Shown one piece after another: positions 25,129 through 34,307 of a DNA stretch of 59,486 bases (position 1 is its first letter; every line of letters begins with the position of its first letter). The DNA is from Candidatus Poseidoniales archaeon. Its GTDB lineage: Archaea > Thermoplasmatota > Poseidoniia > Poseidoniales > Poseidoniaceae. The stretch is taken from NCBI GenBank assembly GCA_003602535.1, contig QQSA01000075.1, forward strand, positions 3,853 to 63,338. Direction: 5' to 3'. The translations under genes were made by a program, and so were the position numbers. Under the pieces are notes generated by a model. The model saw only the letters and a program-made list of their open reading frames with translations. It searched no databases and was not told the DNA's origin.

Positions 25129-26859
25129 ATGTCGGGTTATGCCATAGGTGATGTGCCGACGATTCAAATGGAGGCCGATGCTTCTGAAGTACTTGCAGGA
25201 AGTGACTCAATTCAGGAGTCTCTGATGGCAGAGGCAGTCATACAAGTTACTGAACATGACGAGGTAATTGGACCTGTGTCAAAATTAGACAGCCATCATC
25301 AGATTGGTAAATACCACCGTGCGTTTAGCGTTCTTTTATTCGACAAATCTGGAAGACTTTTACTGCAAAAGCGTGCATCTCACAAAATAACATTTCCAAA
25401 CGTTTGGGCAAATTCATGCTGCTCGCATCCACTTTATAGTGATGAAGAGATGGAAACTAGAAATCACTTAGGTGTAAAGAGAGCTGCTATCAGAAAACTT
25501 GAGCAAGAATTGGGTATAGATCCTTCACAGGTCAGTATCGACAAATTTGAATTCGTTACTAAAATGAGATATCAAGCACGTCAGGATGAAGAATGGATCG
25601 AAAGAGAAGTAGACCACTGCATGGTTATTCATGCAGACGTTGATGTAAATCCTAATCCTAACGAAGTTAGTGAAATTAAGTGGGTAAGCCAAGAAGAATT
25701 GGAGGGAATGTTGATTGCTGATGATCCAGAGAATGTCATTGCACCATGGTTCAGATGTATTGCTGCAAGAGTAATGACTGATGATTGGTGGAGACCTAAT
25801 TGTGCTAAACCTGATGATTTGATTCATGACATGGGTGATGTTTCACACATGCTACCTGGCGCTATTGGTGCAGACTTGAATACTAGCATCGCAGAAGTAA
25901 AAGAATTGGTTGAAGACAGAATCGAGAGGGCTCTAACTCATACTTCGTTAGACAGACTATCTAGTGCTATGATGCATCTCGTTGAAGGGGGCGGTAAGAG
26001 ATTGCGTGCGACTCTTCCATGGTTGGTTGCAAAAGCTGTCGGTGATACTCACTCTGGTTTACTTGATGTGGGTGCAGCAATCGAAATTATCCACAATTTC
26101 ACATTGGTTCATGATGATATTATGGACGATGATGATGTCAGGAGAGGTCGACCTGCAGTCCATATTGAATACGATCTTCCTACCGCAATCAATGCAGGAG
26201 ATGCAATGCTTGCAATTGCATTTGAAGCCATGGCAGTAGCAGAAGGTATTGAACCAGAATTACTACCATTTTTGGTTAAGAGAATTGGGCGAATGGTTCG
26301 CAAATGTAGCGAAGGACAGCAGTTGGATATTGAATTTGAAGACCGTGATATTGTTTCAGAAGAAGAATACATTACAATGATTCATGGGAAGACTGCAGCG
26401 ATGTTCCTTACTTGTGCAGAGGTAGGTTCTCATCTTGCTGGAGCAGATCAAGATACAATACAATGTATGCATGATTGGGGCTTAGCACTCGGATTATGCT
26501 TCCAGTTAATGGATGATTTAATCGATGTATTATCTGATTCCGATACTTTGGGTAAACCAAGTGGTAGCGATGTCGCTCAGGGCAAGAGAACTTTGATGGT
26601 TATTCATGCTCTAAAACAGCAGCCTTCTGATTCTAAGGACGATTTGCTTGCAGTTCTAGGAAAAGGTGAGAATGTTACAGCTGAACAAGTAAGTAGAGCT
26701 CACAAAGCATTGCATGATCTAGGCTCTATTGAATACGCTAGGTCGAAGGCTGAAACATATCATCGCAAAGCACATGATTGTCTGGACAGAATTCCTAATG
26801 GTCCTGCAATGAGGGCTCTTCGTGAGTTAACAGATTATCAACTTAAGCGGATATTCTGA
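25129..26859 (+). CDS. fusion protein: isopentenyl-diphosphate delta-isomerase type 1 (Nudix) + geranylgeranyl/polyprenyl diphosphate synthase
   Basis: The N-terminal half has HRAFSVLLF, WANSCCSHP and a Nudix-like segment, the IDI-1 signature. The C-terminal half has the first Asp-rich motif HDDIMDDDD (26110-26136) and the second, MDDLID (26509-26526). It is a single uninterrupted 576-aa ORF. Confidence 0.9.
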   Translation: MSGYAIGDVPTIQMEADASEVLAGSDSIQESLMAEAVIQVTEHDEVIGPVSKLDSHHQIGKYHRAFSVLLFDKSGRLLLQKRASHKITFPNVWANSCCSHPLYSDEEMETRNHLGVKRAAIRKLEQELGIDPSQVSIDKFEFVTKMRYQARQDEEWIEREVDHCMVIHADVDVNPNPNEVSEIKWVSQEELEGMLIADDPENVIAPWFRCIAARVMTDDWWRPNCAKPDDLIHDMGDVSHMLPGAIGADLNTSIAEVKELVEDRIERALTHTSLDRLSSAMMHLVEGGGKRLRATLPWLVAKAVGDTHSGLLDVGAAIEIIHNFTLVHDDIMDDDDVRRGRPAVHIEYDLPTAINAGDAMLAIAFEAMAVAEGIEPELLPFLVKRIGRMVRKCSEGQQLDIEFEDRDIVSEEEYITMIHGKTAAMFLTCAEVGSHLAGADQDTIQCMHDWGLALGLCFQLMDDLIDVLSDSDTLGKPSGSDVAQGKRTLMVIHALKQQPSDSKDDLLAVLGKGENVTAEQVSRAHKALHDLGSIEYARSKAETYHRKAHDCLDRIPNGPAMRALRELTDYQLKRIF

Positions 26860-27274
26860 TAACTCCAGTTTTCAGCACTTTACAGTACCAGCGAGTCTCA
26901 CCTGGATATTTTTTGTGAGATATTCTATTGAAATAACCGTCTACAAATGAATCACTAATTGTCTTGCATGGTGTCGCAGCAGATACAACTTCTAATTCGA
27001 CATCACCAACTGAGAATATAGATCCAATTTTCAGGTCATAACCCGAAACTAGTAGATTCTCGCCAGTTGTTCCTGGCATAATTGGGTGCCCTTCTGCTTG
27101 TAATTTCTTGAGGGTTTCATCTTCAAGAACGCATACGGCACGCATCACTCCTCCGTGATGTTTCTTGTCATGTTGGTTGTCACTTACTAGTCCTTGGTAA
27201 TCGACTCTTACTGAATTCACAGATTCTTTAGGTACTCCTCCATTGGAAACAAAAATTCCCAATAAATTCCCCAT
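26843..27274 (-). CDS. MOSC-domain protein
   Basis: GGVPK...GLVSDNQHDKKHHGG...RAV and the conserved Cys in ATPCKTI. 143 aa. The 3' end overlaps the convergent gene by 17 nt. Confidence 0.8.
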   Translation of the reverse strand: MGNLLGIFVSNGGVPKESVNSVRVDYQGLVSDNQHDKKHHGGVMRAVCVLEDETLKKLQAEGHPIMPGTTGENLLVSGYDLKIGSIFSVGDVELEVVSAATPCKTISDSFVDGYFNRISHKKYPGETRWYCKVLKTGVIRISA

Positions 27275-27302
27275 TCAAACACCTATGTGAGAGATGTTCT
27301 AA

Positions 27303-29510
27303 TCACTCAGCGTAATAGGACTCAGGGTTTGGATCTGGCTTCAATCCCTTACGGGTTCTGATTTCTGATACTACCTTGTCAAACAATTGTGGAGGTAGTA
27401 TTTCGAATCCAATGTTTTCTGAGTTCCATACAGCACGACCTTGAGATGCAGCACGGATGTCGTTGGAGAATCCGAATGTTTCTGCAACTGGTAGAGTGCC
27501 GATAACAGTAGTTGCTTCTCCCTCAGATGGCATATCTTCGATGATACCACGTCTGTTGGTAATTTCACGAGTAACTTGTCCTAGCCAGTCGTTAGGTACG
27601 CTGACGTGAGATCTCTGCATTGGCTCCATCAATACTGTGCGTGCACGTAGCATTGCACCCTTGATTGCATTTCTTACAGCAGGGATTGTTTGAGCAGGAC
27701 CACGGTGAATTGCATCTTCGTGCAGCTTAGCGTCAACTAGTCTGACCATCATCCCCATAACAGGTTCGTCAGCGACAGGTCCCTTCTTACATACTTCATT
27801 GAATGATTCAATAATCAATTCACGAGTCTCGTGAAGTCCCTGAATACCCTTGGTATCGTTGACTAGAACATTTGTTCCACTGATAGCGTATATCTTGCGC
27901 ATCTTGTCTTTATCCATTCCAAGTTCGCCGAACTTGTTTCCGATTTCCTTTGCATCTCCTGAGCGGATTGTTCCGTTTCCGAAGTGTCCTTCTCTTAATG
28001 CTGCAACAACTTCAGTAGAAAGTGGTTCACATTCAATCATGAACCTGTTGTGACGGTTTGGCGACTTTCCTTCGAATGAGCGACCTCTGTTGTTTCCTTC
28101 CACAGATTCTCTGTAAACAACAATTGGTGGGCTTACTTTTACCTTGATGTTCTGTTCTTCTTCAAGGCGGTAAACTGTAATTTCAAGGTGCAATTCTCCC
28201 ATACCTGCAAGTAATGCTTCTCCAGTTTCCTGGTTTGTCATAACTTGTAGAGACGCATCAGACTTTGCTAGAGAACGTAGAGCATCAATGAACTTTGGAA
28301 GATCTTTCATGCTCTTAGGTTCAACAGCCACGGTAACTACCGGGTCTGAATAGTGTCTGATTGCTTCGAAAGGAGTGAAATCTTTGTCACGAGACAGTGT
28401 TACACCAGCTGCTGCAGAGCGAATACCTGTAATCGCTGCAATGTTACCTGCGACTACCTTAGGTACAGTGATTCTGTCTCCTCCGACCATCATACTGACT
28501 TGCTGAACTCTCTCTGGCTTAGCAGCACCAATTGCGTAAACAGACTCACCTTGGTTTATTGCACCAGAATATAATCTTCCGACTGCTACTTCTCCAGCGT
28601 GCGGGTCCATCCAAATTTTTGTGATCATCATTGCAAGTTCTGCATCTGGGTCACATTCAATCATCGCTTTACCGATTGGTGTTTCTAGGTCTCCGTTCCA
28701 AATGTTAGGGATACGGTAAGGTTGAGCCTCAACAGGACCAGGAAGTTTTGTTACTGCCATGTCCAAAAGTACTTCGTGAACTGGAGCCTTCTGAGCAAGC
28801 GTCTTCTGGTCTTCATTGTTACAGTATTCGAAAATCTCAGTCATTGATACTCCTGATTTCTTCATGTATGGAATTGTAATTCCCCAGTTGTGGTAAGCTG
28901 AACCGAATGCTACAGTTCCATCCATTACACTGACTTGCCATTCTTTTTTCTTCTCTTCAGGAGCGAATTGGCGAATTAGTTTGTTTACTTTGATGATTGT
29001 TTCTTCGAATCTTTTCAACATGTCCTCTGGTGTGACCTTCAATTCATTGATTAGACGATCAACCTTGTTGATGAATAGAACAGGCTTAACCTTCTCTTTC
29101 AATGCTTGTCGTACAACAGTTTCAGTCTGTGGCATTGGCCCTTCAACAGCACATGCCAAGATGAAACATCCGTCAACAGCACGCATAGCACGAGTAACGT
29201 CTCCTCCGAAATCAACGTGTCCTGGTGTATCGATCAAGTTGATCAGGAAATCAGTTCCATCTACTGCGTGAACCATCGATGCAGATGCAGCGTTAATTGT
29301 AATTCCACGTGCACTTTCTTGTTCATCGAAATCTAGAACACGGCTCTTACCTGCTAAATCTTCGCTCATCATTCCTGCACCTGCAATTAGGTTGTCAGAA
29401 AGTGTAGTTTTTCCGTGGTCAATGTGAGCAGCAATGCACAGATTTCGGATCTGTGGTAAAATATGCATAACTTCTGTCGCCTTCTTGATGTTGTCTTCTT
29501 TACGGCCCAT
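27303..29510 (-). CDS. fusA: translation elongation factor 2 (aEF-2)
   Basis: GTPase motifs AHIDHGKTT, DTPGHVDF and NKVDR. Diphthamide-site motif HEDAIHRGPAQ. 735 aa. Confidence 0.97.
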   Translation of the reverse strand: MGRKEDNIKKATEVMHILPQIRNLCIAAHIDHGKTTLSDNLIAGAGMMSEDLAGKSRVLDFDEQESARGITINAASASMVHAVDGTDFLINLIDTPGHVDFGGDVTRAMRAVDGCFILACAVEGPMPQTETVVRQALKEKVKPVLFINKVDRLINELKVTPEDMLKRFEETIIKVNKLIRQFAPEEKKKEWQVSVMDGTVAFGSAYHNWGITIPYMKKSGVSMTEIFEYCNNEDQKTLAQKAPVHEVLLDMAVTKLPGPVEAQPYRIPNIWNGDLETPIGKAMIECDPDAELAMMITKIWMDPHAGEVAVGRLYSGAINQGESVYAIGAAKPERVQQVSMMVGGDRITVPKVVAGNIAAITGIRSAAAGVTLSRDKDFTPFEAIRHYSDPVVTVAVEPKSMKDLPKFIDALRSLAKSDASLQVMTNQETGEALLAGMGELHLEITVYRLEEEQNIKVKVSPPIVVYRESVEGNNRGRSFEGKSPNRHNRFMIECEPLSTEVVAALREGHFGNGTIRSGDAKEIGNKFGELGMDKDKMRKIYAISGTNVLVNDTKGIQGLHETRELIIESFNEVCKKGPVADEPVMGMMVRLVDAKLHEDAIHRGPAQTIPAVRNAIKGAMLRARTVLMEPMQRSHVSVPNDWLGQVTREITNRRGIIEDMPSEGEATTVIGTLPVAETFGFSNDIRAASQGRAVWNSENIGFEILPPQLFDKVVSEIRTRKGLKPDPNPESYYAE

Positions 29511-29515
29511 GGTGA

Positions 29516-29522
29516 ATCACCT
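29516..29522 (-). promoter_or_regulatory. Shine-Dalgarno-like site for aEF-2
   Basis: The minus strand reads AGGTGAT, with a 5-nt spacer to the ATG at 29510. Confidence 0.45.
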
Positions 29523-29606
29523 GACTCTCGTCTGTCTTCGCCACCTTGAAGGGGTTTATCAAATCGACTACATGTATTCTAGTTCAAACGTTGTGCTGTG
29601 TGCTGA

Positions 29607-30758
29607 TTAAACAGTTCGTTGAAATCCTTTGTATCTCGATTCCATTTCAATAAACAAAGCCTTCAAATCAGCCTTGATATCATTGTATGTTTTCTTCATA
29701 TCAGAAATTTTTTGATTTATTGTATCCTTTGATGTCTTTAATGAATTTTTCAAATCCTTCTTAGCCTTTTGAATTTCAAATAGACATGCCCTTAATGATT
29801 TTCTGCATTTTGCAATTCTACTTTCATAGTCATCGACATCAATATTCTTAGACACTAACTTGTCAGCACTACGCTTGAATTTTATATCGAGTTTTGCAAT
29901 TTCGATAGAATGCTTAGGAGTTGATTTCAAATTAGAGTTCAGTCCAATCCATTTGAATCCCTTAATCCACCACTTGCTAGGATCTACATGGAACCATTTG
30001 TGTCCATTACGATAGTCTGCTTGGAATGTGTGGTGGAAATTATGATATCCTTCTCCGAATGTCAAGAACGCCAATAAAAAGGAATCTCTGCTAGAGTTAG
30101 ATTCAGAATACGGTTGTTTGCCCCAAATGTGTGCAGCACTATTGATCAAGAATGTTCCATGATGGACAAAAACAATTCGGATCAAACCGCCCCAAACTAG
30201 ACACCCTATGGCAGCAGAAATACCTCCTGCCAAATATCCAATCGCTGTAGGGAGAATTATTCCGGATAAAGCTCCAATGAGGAATATATTTCTGTGTTGC
30301 CAACGAATAATTTTGCTTTCTTGTAAATCCTTTACGTTAGAGAAGTCATTTTGGAATGCGTCTTCTTCAATCATTACCCATCCCATATGGGAATACCAGA
30401 ACCCTCTTTTGGCAGAATATGGGTCTTCATCAGTATCGGTTGCCCGGTGGTGGTTTCTGTGATCTGAACACCATTCGATTATGGAATTTTGAAAAGAACC
30501 AGCTCCAAATATTGCATAGAACAATACCAATGGCCAAGATGCATCGTGAGATCTATGTGAAAATAGTCGGTGGTAACCAACAGTAATCGATAACCCACAT
30601 GAAAAGTACAATGCGACAAAAACAAAAGCTTCAATCCATCCTGGAGGACCGAAATAAATCCAGTGAAGAACTACTCCTGTAATAGCTAGAAGAGGAGTTA
30701 CAAGAAGGAATAATGTGTTCAGCCAATTAATCCTAGTTGCAGATGAGTACTGGGTCAT
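29607..30758 (-). CDS. membrane fatty-acyl Delta9 desaturase (SCD/DesC family) with a C-terminal coiled-coil-like extension
   Basis: Three His boxes are present: GYHRLFSHRS, DHRNHH and YHNFHHTF. The N-terminal half carries the TM helices. The last roughly 90 aa are K/E/D-rich and helical. Confidence 0.9.
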   Translation of the reverse strand: MTQYSSATRINWLNTLFLLVTPLLAITGVVLHWIYFGPPGWIEAFVFVALYFSCGLSITVGYHRLFSHRSHDASWPLVLFYAIFGAGSFQNSIIEWCSDHRNHHRATDTDEDPYSAKRGFWYSHMGWVMIEEDAFQNDFSNVKDLQESKIIRWQHRNIFLIGALSGIILPTAIGYLAGGISAAIGCLVWGGLIRIVFVHHGTFLINSAAHIWGKQPYSESNSSRDSFLLAFLTFGEGYHNFHHTFQADYRNGHKWFHVDPSKWWIKGFKWIGLNSNLKSTPKHSIEIAKLDIKFKRSADKLVSKNIDVDDYESRIAKCRKSLRACLFEIQKAKKDLKNSLKTSKDTINQKISDMKKTYNDIKADLKALFIEMESRYKGFQRTV

Positions 30759-30799
30759 TATCGGCCCGCACTGACTAACCTTATTGACTATTGGGGTTA

Positions 30800-30817
30800 G
30801 GTGTTGCTAGCAACACC
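30800..30817. promoter_or_regulatory. perfect 18-bp palindrome GGTGTTGCTAGCAACACC (7-bp stem, 4-nt loop hairpin) between rps7 and the desaturase
   Basis: Read directly from the sequence. It lies 18 nt downstream of the uS7 stop and 41 nt upstream of the desaturase ATG, on the transcribed (minus) strand. Confidence 0.6.
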
Positions 30818-30835
30818 GTGGTTGGTAGGTTAAAC

Positions 30836-31465
30836 TCAGCGAGCGCTTGATGCAATGCGCTGAACTTCTTCCTTCTTTGCTACTGCGAAAGAGGTAACGT
30901 CCCCATTGCTTGCTTTTGTTAGCTCGTTAATGATACACTGAGTTAGAGTACGCTTGGATTTAGAAGTTCCCTGCTGTGCTCCCTTTGCCAAGTTTCCTAA
31001 AGCAACATCTAATCTTCGAGATGGTGAACTGTCAACAGCCTTAGGTTGTGAAACTGCACCGAATTTAATACGTGTGATCTCTTCCATAGGAGCAGCGTGG
31101 CAAATAGCATCTACAAATGCTTGTAGAGGGTTGCTACCACTTCTTTCAGCGATTGAATCGAGAGCCGATTCAAAGGCCTTCAATGCGCCCATTTTCTTTC
31201 CAGTGTATTTACCAGTTCGCATTAATTTGTTAGTGAATCTCTCGACGACTGAAAGACGAGCTTTACCAAACCATGCGTTAGCATGGCGTCCACCGGTGTG
31301 CGGTACGCCTACGGTTGAGAGGTTAATGTATGGAGCAAGCCCCGGATCTCTGCATACTACTTCTGCAGCATCATACTTTCCAAAAACCAGAGTGCCTATG
31401 CCTGCAATAGGCTTGACTTCTTCAGGTACTGATTCTTCAGTTTGTGTCTCGATTTCTTCACTCAT
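30836..31465 (-). CDS. rps7: 30S ribosomal protein uS7
   Basis: 209 aa with VERFTNKLMRTGKYTGKK and a conserved C-terminal half. It follows rps12 after a 15-nt spacer. Confidence 0.95.
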   Translation of the reverse strand: MSEEIETQTEESVPEEVKPIAGIGTLVFGKYDAAEVVCRDPGLAPYINLSTVGVPHTGGRHANAWFGKARLSVVERFTNKLMRTGKYTGKKMGALKAFESALDSIAERSGSNPLQAFVDAICHAAPMEEITRIKFGAVSQPKAVDSSPSRRLDVALGNLAKGAQQGTSKSKRTLTQCIINELTKASNGDVTSFAVAKKEEVQRIASSAR

Positions 31466-31480
31466 CTAAATCACTCCGAA

Positions 31481-31909
31481 TCATCGTACTGGCTTCTCCT
31501 TGCGCCCACGAACCATTTCATCTAATGAAACGCCGTTTACTTGAATTACCTTGTAACGAACACCAGGAATATCTCCATATGAACGACCCATGCGTCCACC
31601 GATACCTTCTACCATTACTTCATCGTGTTCGTCGATGAAGTTAATTGCACCATCACCTGGTGCGAATGCAGTTAGTTTGTTTCCATTCTTAATCAATGAA
31701 ATTTTTACAGCTTTACGAATTCCGGAGTTAGGTTGCTTAGCCTCGATACCGACTTTTTCGATAACGATACCCTTCGCTTGAGTGGAGCCTGCAAGAGGGT
31801 CGTGCTTAGCTCTAGACTTTAGCATACGCTTCTTGTATCTACGATCAGACCATCTGAACTTTTGGCGGTCTTTTGCCATCTTGGTTCCTGCGAACAATCC
31901 ACGACCCAT
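31481..31909 (-). CDS. rps12: 30S ribosomal protein uS12
   Basis: 142 aa with [15 protein letters not shown] and GVRYKV motifs. Confidence 0.95.
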   Translation of the reverse strand: MGRGLFAGTKMAKDRQKFRWSDRRYKKRMLKSRAKHDPLAGSTQAKGIVIEKVGIEAKQPNSGIRKAVKISLIKNGNKLTAFAPGDGAINFIDEHDEVMVEGIGGRMGRSYGDIPGVRYKVIQVNGVSLDEMVRGRKEKPVR

Positions 31910-32050
31910 GTCAATACTCTCCAGAGAAGCAACTTGCCGACCTACCCCCCCTATTTCATGGTGCCGATGAAATTAGGAGATGAGAATGATGCACGGATAG
32001 GCAAATCAACAGGGCCAATGTTCATGGTTATTCCGCTATTGCAAGGTAAC

Positions 32051-33316
32051 ATGGCATTCCGAGATTTGTTGGGCGCAGCTAGTATTGTTTCCGAGCCAAC
32101 CAGCGTGCTGCACGGGGTTTTCGACAAGTCTAAGTCGACAGGTCACGAGTTGTTATTGTTCGAAAACCTCATTGAAGCACCTGGTCATAAGATTGCTGTC
32201 AATCTGCTAACTAGGCCTAGACTTTGTGCAGCTTTGTCAATAGAGCCGGAAGAGTTCATCGACCTTTTAGGATGGGCCATGAATAATCCAAGCGAACCAA
32301 ATATTGTTGATTCTGGTCCAGTTATGGAATGCCCACAAGAATCTCCAGATTTGACTAAATTGCCAATCCCTCATCATTGGCGTGAAGATCGAGGCCGCTA
32401 CATGTCGTCTAGCGTAATTATTGCAGAATACAACGGAATTCGAAACATGTCCTTCCATCGTCAATTGTTGCGTGATAAAAATCATCTCGTAGCCAGGTTA
32501 GTTCCTCGCCATCTCCATTCTATGACCGGTTCTGCAAGAGAATCTGGTGATGAAGTAAAAATTGCAATAATAAACGCACCTGATCCAGTGGTTTTGTTAG
32601 CAGCAGCAATGTCCTTTGACTCAAATATTGATGAGTTAACGATTGCTTCTTCTTTACATAAAAAAATACACGGTTCGCCATTGGATTTAGTTGAATTACC
32701 TAATGGAATTCAGGTACCTGCATTTGCAGAATATGCGATGTGGGGTAGAATTACTACCGAAAATGATGACGAAGGACCCTATGTTGATATTACAGGTACA
32801 GTTGATGATGTCCGTCAAGAACCAGTGATAGAAATAGACGGAATTACACACAGGGAAAACCCCGTATTTCATGCACTGATTCCTGCTGAAGCAGAGCACA
32901 AAACTCTGATGGGGCTTCCTAGAGCTCCAACAATCAAATCAGCAGTAAGCGAAGTATGTGAATGTTTAGATGTTCATATGACTGAAGGTGGCGGAGGTTG
33001 GTTAGCTGCTGTGGTCAAGATAAAAGTCAACAATGAAAATGATCCTAAGAAAGCCATTGCTGCTGCGTTAGCAGGACATCGTTCAATGAAAATGGTCACC
33101 ATAGTCGACGAAGACATTGACATTACAGATCCTGTGAGAGTAGAATGGGCCATGATGACTCGATGGCAACCGGATAGAGACTCTGTAATATTGTCAAATC
33201 AAAAGGGATCAAGTCTTGACCCATCAAGATTGGGCGATGGGAATACAGCCAAAATTGGTATCGATGCAACTATTCCATGGGGTTATGACCGATCAGGATT
33301 CATGTCGGTTCAGTGA
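32051..33316 (+). CDS. UbiD-family (prenylated-FMN-dependent) decarboxylase, short archaeal type
   Basis: N-terminal MAFRDLL is like the UbiD M..FRDL start. Overall UbiD-like features include a GGGGWLA-type segment and C-terminal DPSR...IDAT. The ORF extends up to 31862, but that portion overlaps rps12; ATGs at 31958 and 31967 are alternative starts. Confidence 0.75.
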   Translation: MAFRDLLGAASIVSEPTSVLHGVFDKSKSTGHELLLFENLIEAPGHKIAVNLLTRPRLCAALSIEPEEFIDLLGWAMNNPSEPNIVDSGPVMECPQESPDLTKLPIPHHWREDRGRYMSSSVIIAEYNGIRNMSFHRQLLRDKNHLVARLVPRHLHSMTGSARESGDEVKIAIINAPDPVVLLAAAMSFDSNIDELTIASSLHKKIHGSPLDLVELPNGIQVPAFAEYAMWGRITTENDDEGPYVDITGTVDDVRQEPVIEIDGITHRENPVFHALIPAEAEHKTLMGLPRAPTIKSAVSEVCECLDVHMTEGGGGWLAAVVKIKVNNENDPKKAIAAALAGHRSMKMVTIVDEDIDITDPVRVEWAMMTRWQPDRDSVILSNQKGSSLDPSRLGDGNTAKIGIDATIPWGYDRSGFMSVQ

Positions 33317-33326
33317 GTTGATTGAA

Positions 33327-34307
33327 ATGGATAGCGCTTCGGTTCTACAACACCCACGGCGCAATTTGGGTAGCAGACATCGTTCTCAAGCAGATCGATT
33401 TGTTAAGTTAGCAAAAAAAGATCCTTCTAGAATGGATGACAATCTTGCATGGGCTGAACAAAATGCTCAACAGGCTGTTCTCTATGATTTTACAGATGAA
33501 AGAAATTGGAGATGCTTAGCAGAGATTAAACATATGAGAGGAGATGGAGATGGTCTTGCTTTAGTTTTGGAAGATTTATTCGTAGTTTTAGGGAGAGATT
33601 CTAATCAATTGATTCAATTAAAGGATATTGATCACTTAGAAATGGGTTTAGAATTGTTAGAAGCTGCATTTTTGACTGATTCTCTTGAACCTGAAAATTG
33701 GTTTTCAAATCTAAACGATGATGATTTAGTTAACTTTGCAAAGAGGTGCAAGGGTCTTGATTTCACTGACCAAAGAGCCAATATCATTTATGGCAGAAGA
33801 TTAGAACGAATTCGAAGTGCGGGTCATGAAGATATGTTCATCGATTTAGTGCACCATTTACTTGCGCACAGACCAGCAAATTATGAACTTTGGATGGAAT
33901 TGGGACGCTTGCATGAAAGAAGGAATGAAGTTGATCAAGCATGGCTTTGTTATGATCATGTGCAACAAATTAGGCCGACTGAATTAGTTAGAGACTTATT
34001 TTTGCAGCGTCTCAAAGGAGCGATGGATGGAAAAGACACTGTTCCATGGAGCGGCCCATCATTAGAAACCCGTTCTGATTTCTTAGATAGAATGCAAAAT
34101 CTATCCCAGAATGTTTCCGAAGTTACAGATGATGTTTCAAAAGAGGAGAAAGAAGCGATTAGAGTTGATCCTGACTTAGTCAAGTTGCAAAAGTTGATTG
34201 ATTCTGGTGATGCTGCTGAAGCATTTTTTATGGCTCGTTCTTTGTTTACTTCTGGAGAAGATTGGGCAGAAGAATGGATGCTAAAGGCACAATCAATGCT
34301 TGATTAG
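33327..34307 (+). CDS. hypothetical helical-repeat (TPR-like) protein
   Basis: TPR-like segment YELWMELGRLHERRNEVDQAWLCYDHVQQIRP. The ATG at 33327 is preferred because the upstream part overlaps the UbiD gene. Confidence 0.5.
   Translation: MDSASVLQHPRRNLGSRHRSQADRFVKLAKKDPSRMDDNLAWAEQNAQQAVLYDFTDERNWRCLAEIKHMRGDGDGLALVLEDLFVVLGRDSNQLIQLKDIDHLEMGLELLEAAFLTDSLEPENWFSNLNDDDLVNFAKRCKGLDFTDQRANIIYGRRLERIRSAGHEDMFIDLVHHLLAHRPANYELWMELGRLHERRNEVDQAWLCYDHVQQIRPTELVRDLFLQRLKGAMDGKDTVPWSGPSLETRSDFLDRMQNLSQNVSEVTDDVSKEEKEAIRVDPDLVKLQKLIDSGDAAEAFFMARSLFTSGEDWAEEWMLKAQSMLD

Noticed and set aside
24634-25167. 177-aa antisense ORF over the IPK gene
   Set aside because: The IPK frame carries clear amino-acid-kinase motifs. 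The antisense frame is S/P-rich low complexity.
30954-31469. 171-aa + strand ORF antisense to rps7
   Set aside because: The uS7 identity of the minus frame is unambiguous.
31862-32050. N-terminal extension of the UbiD ORF
   Set aside because: It would overlap the 5' end of rps12 on the opposite strand and remove the divergent promoter region. MAFRDLL at 32051 matches the usual UbiD N-terminus. Starts at 31958 and 31967 remain possible.
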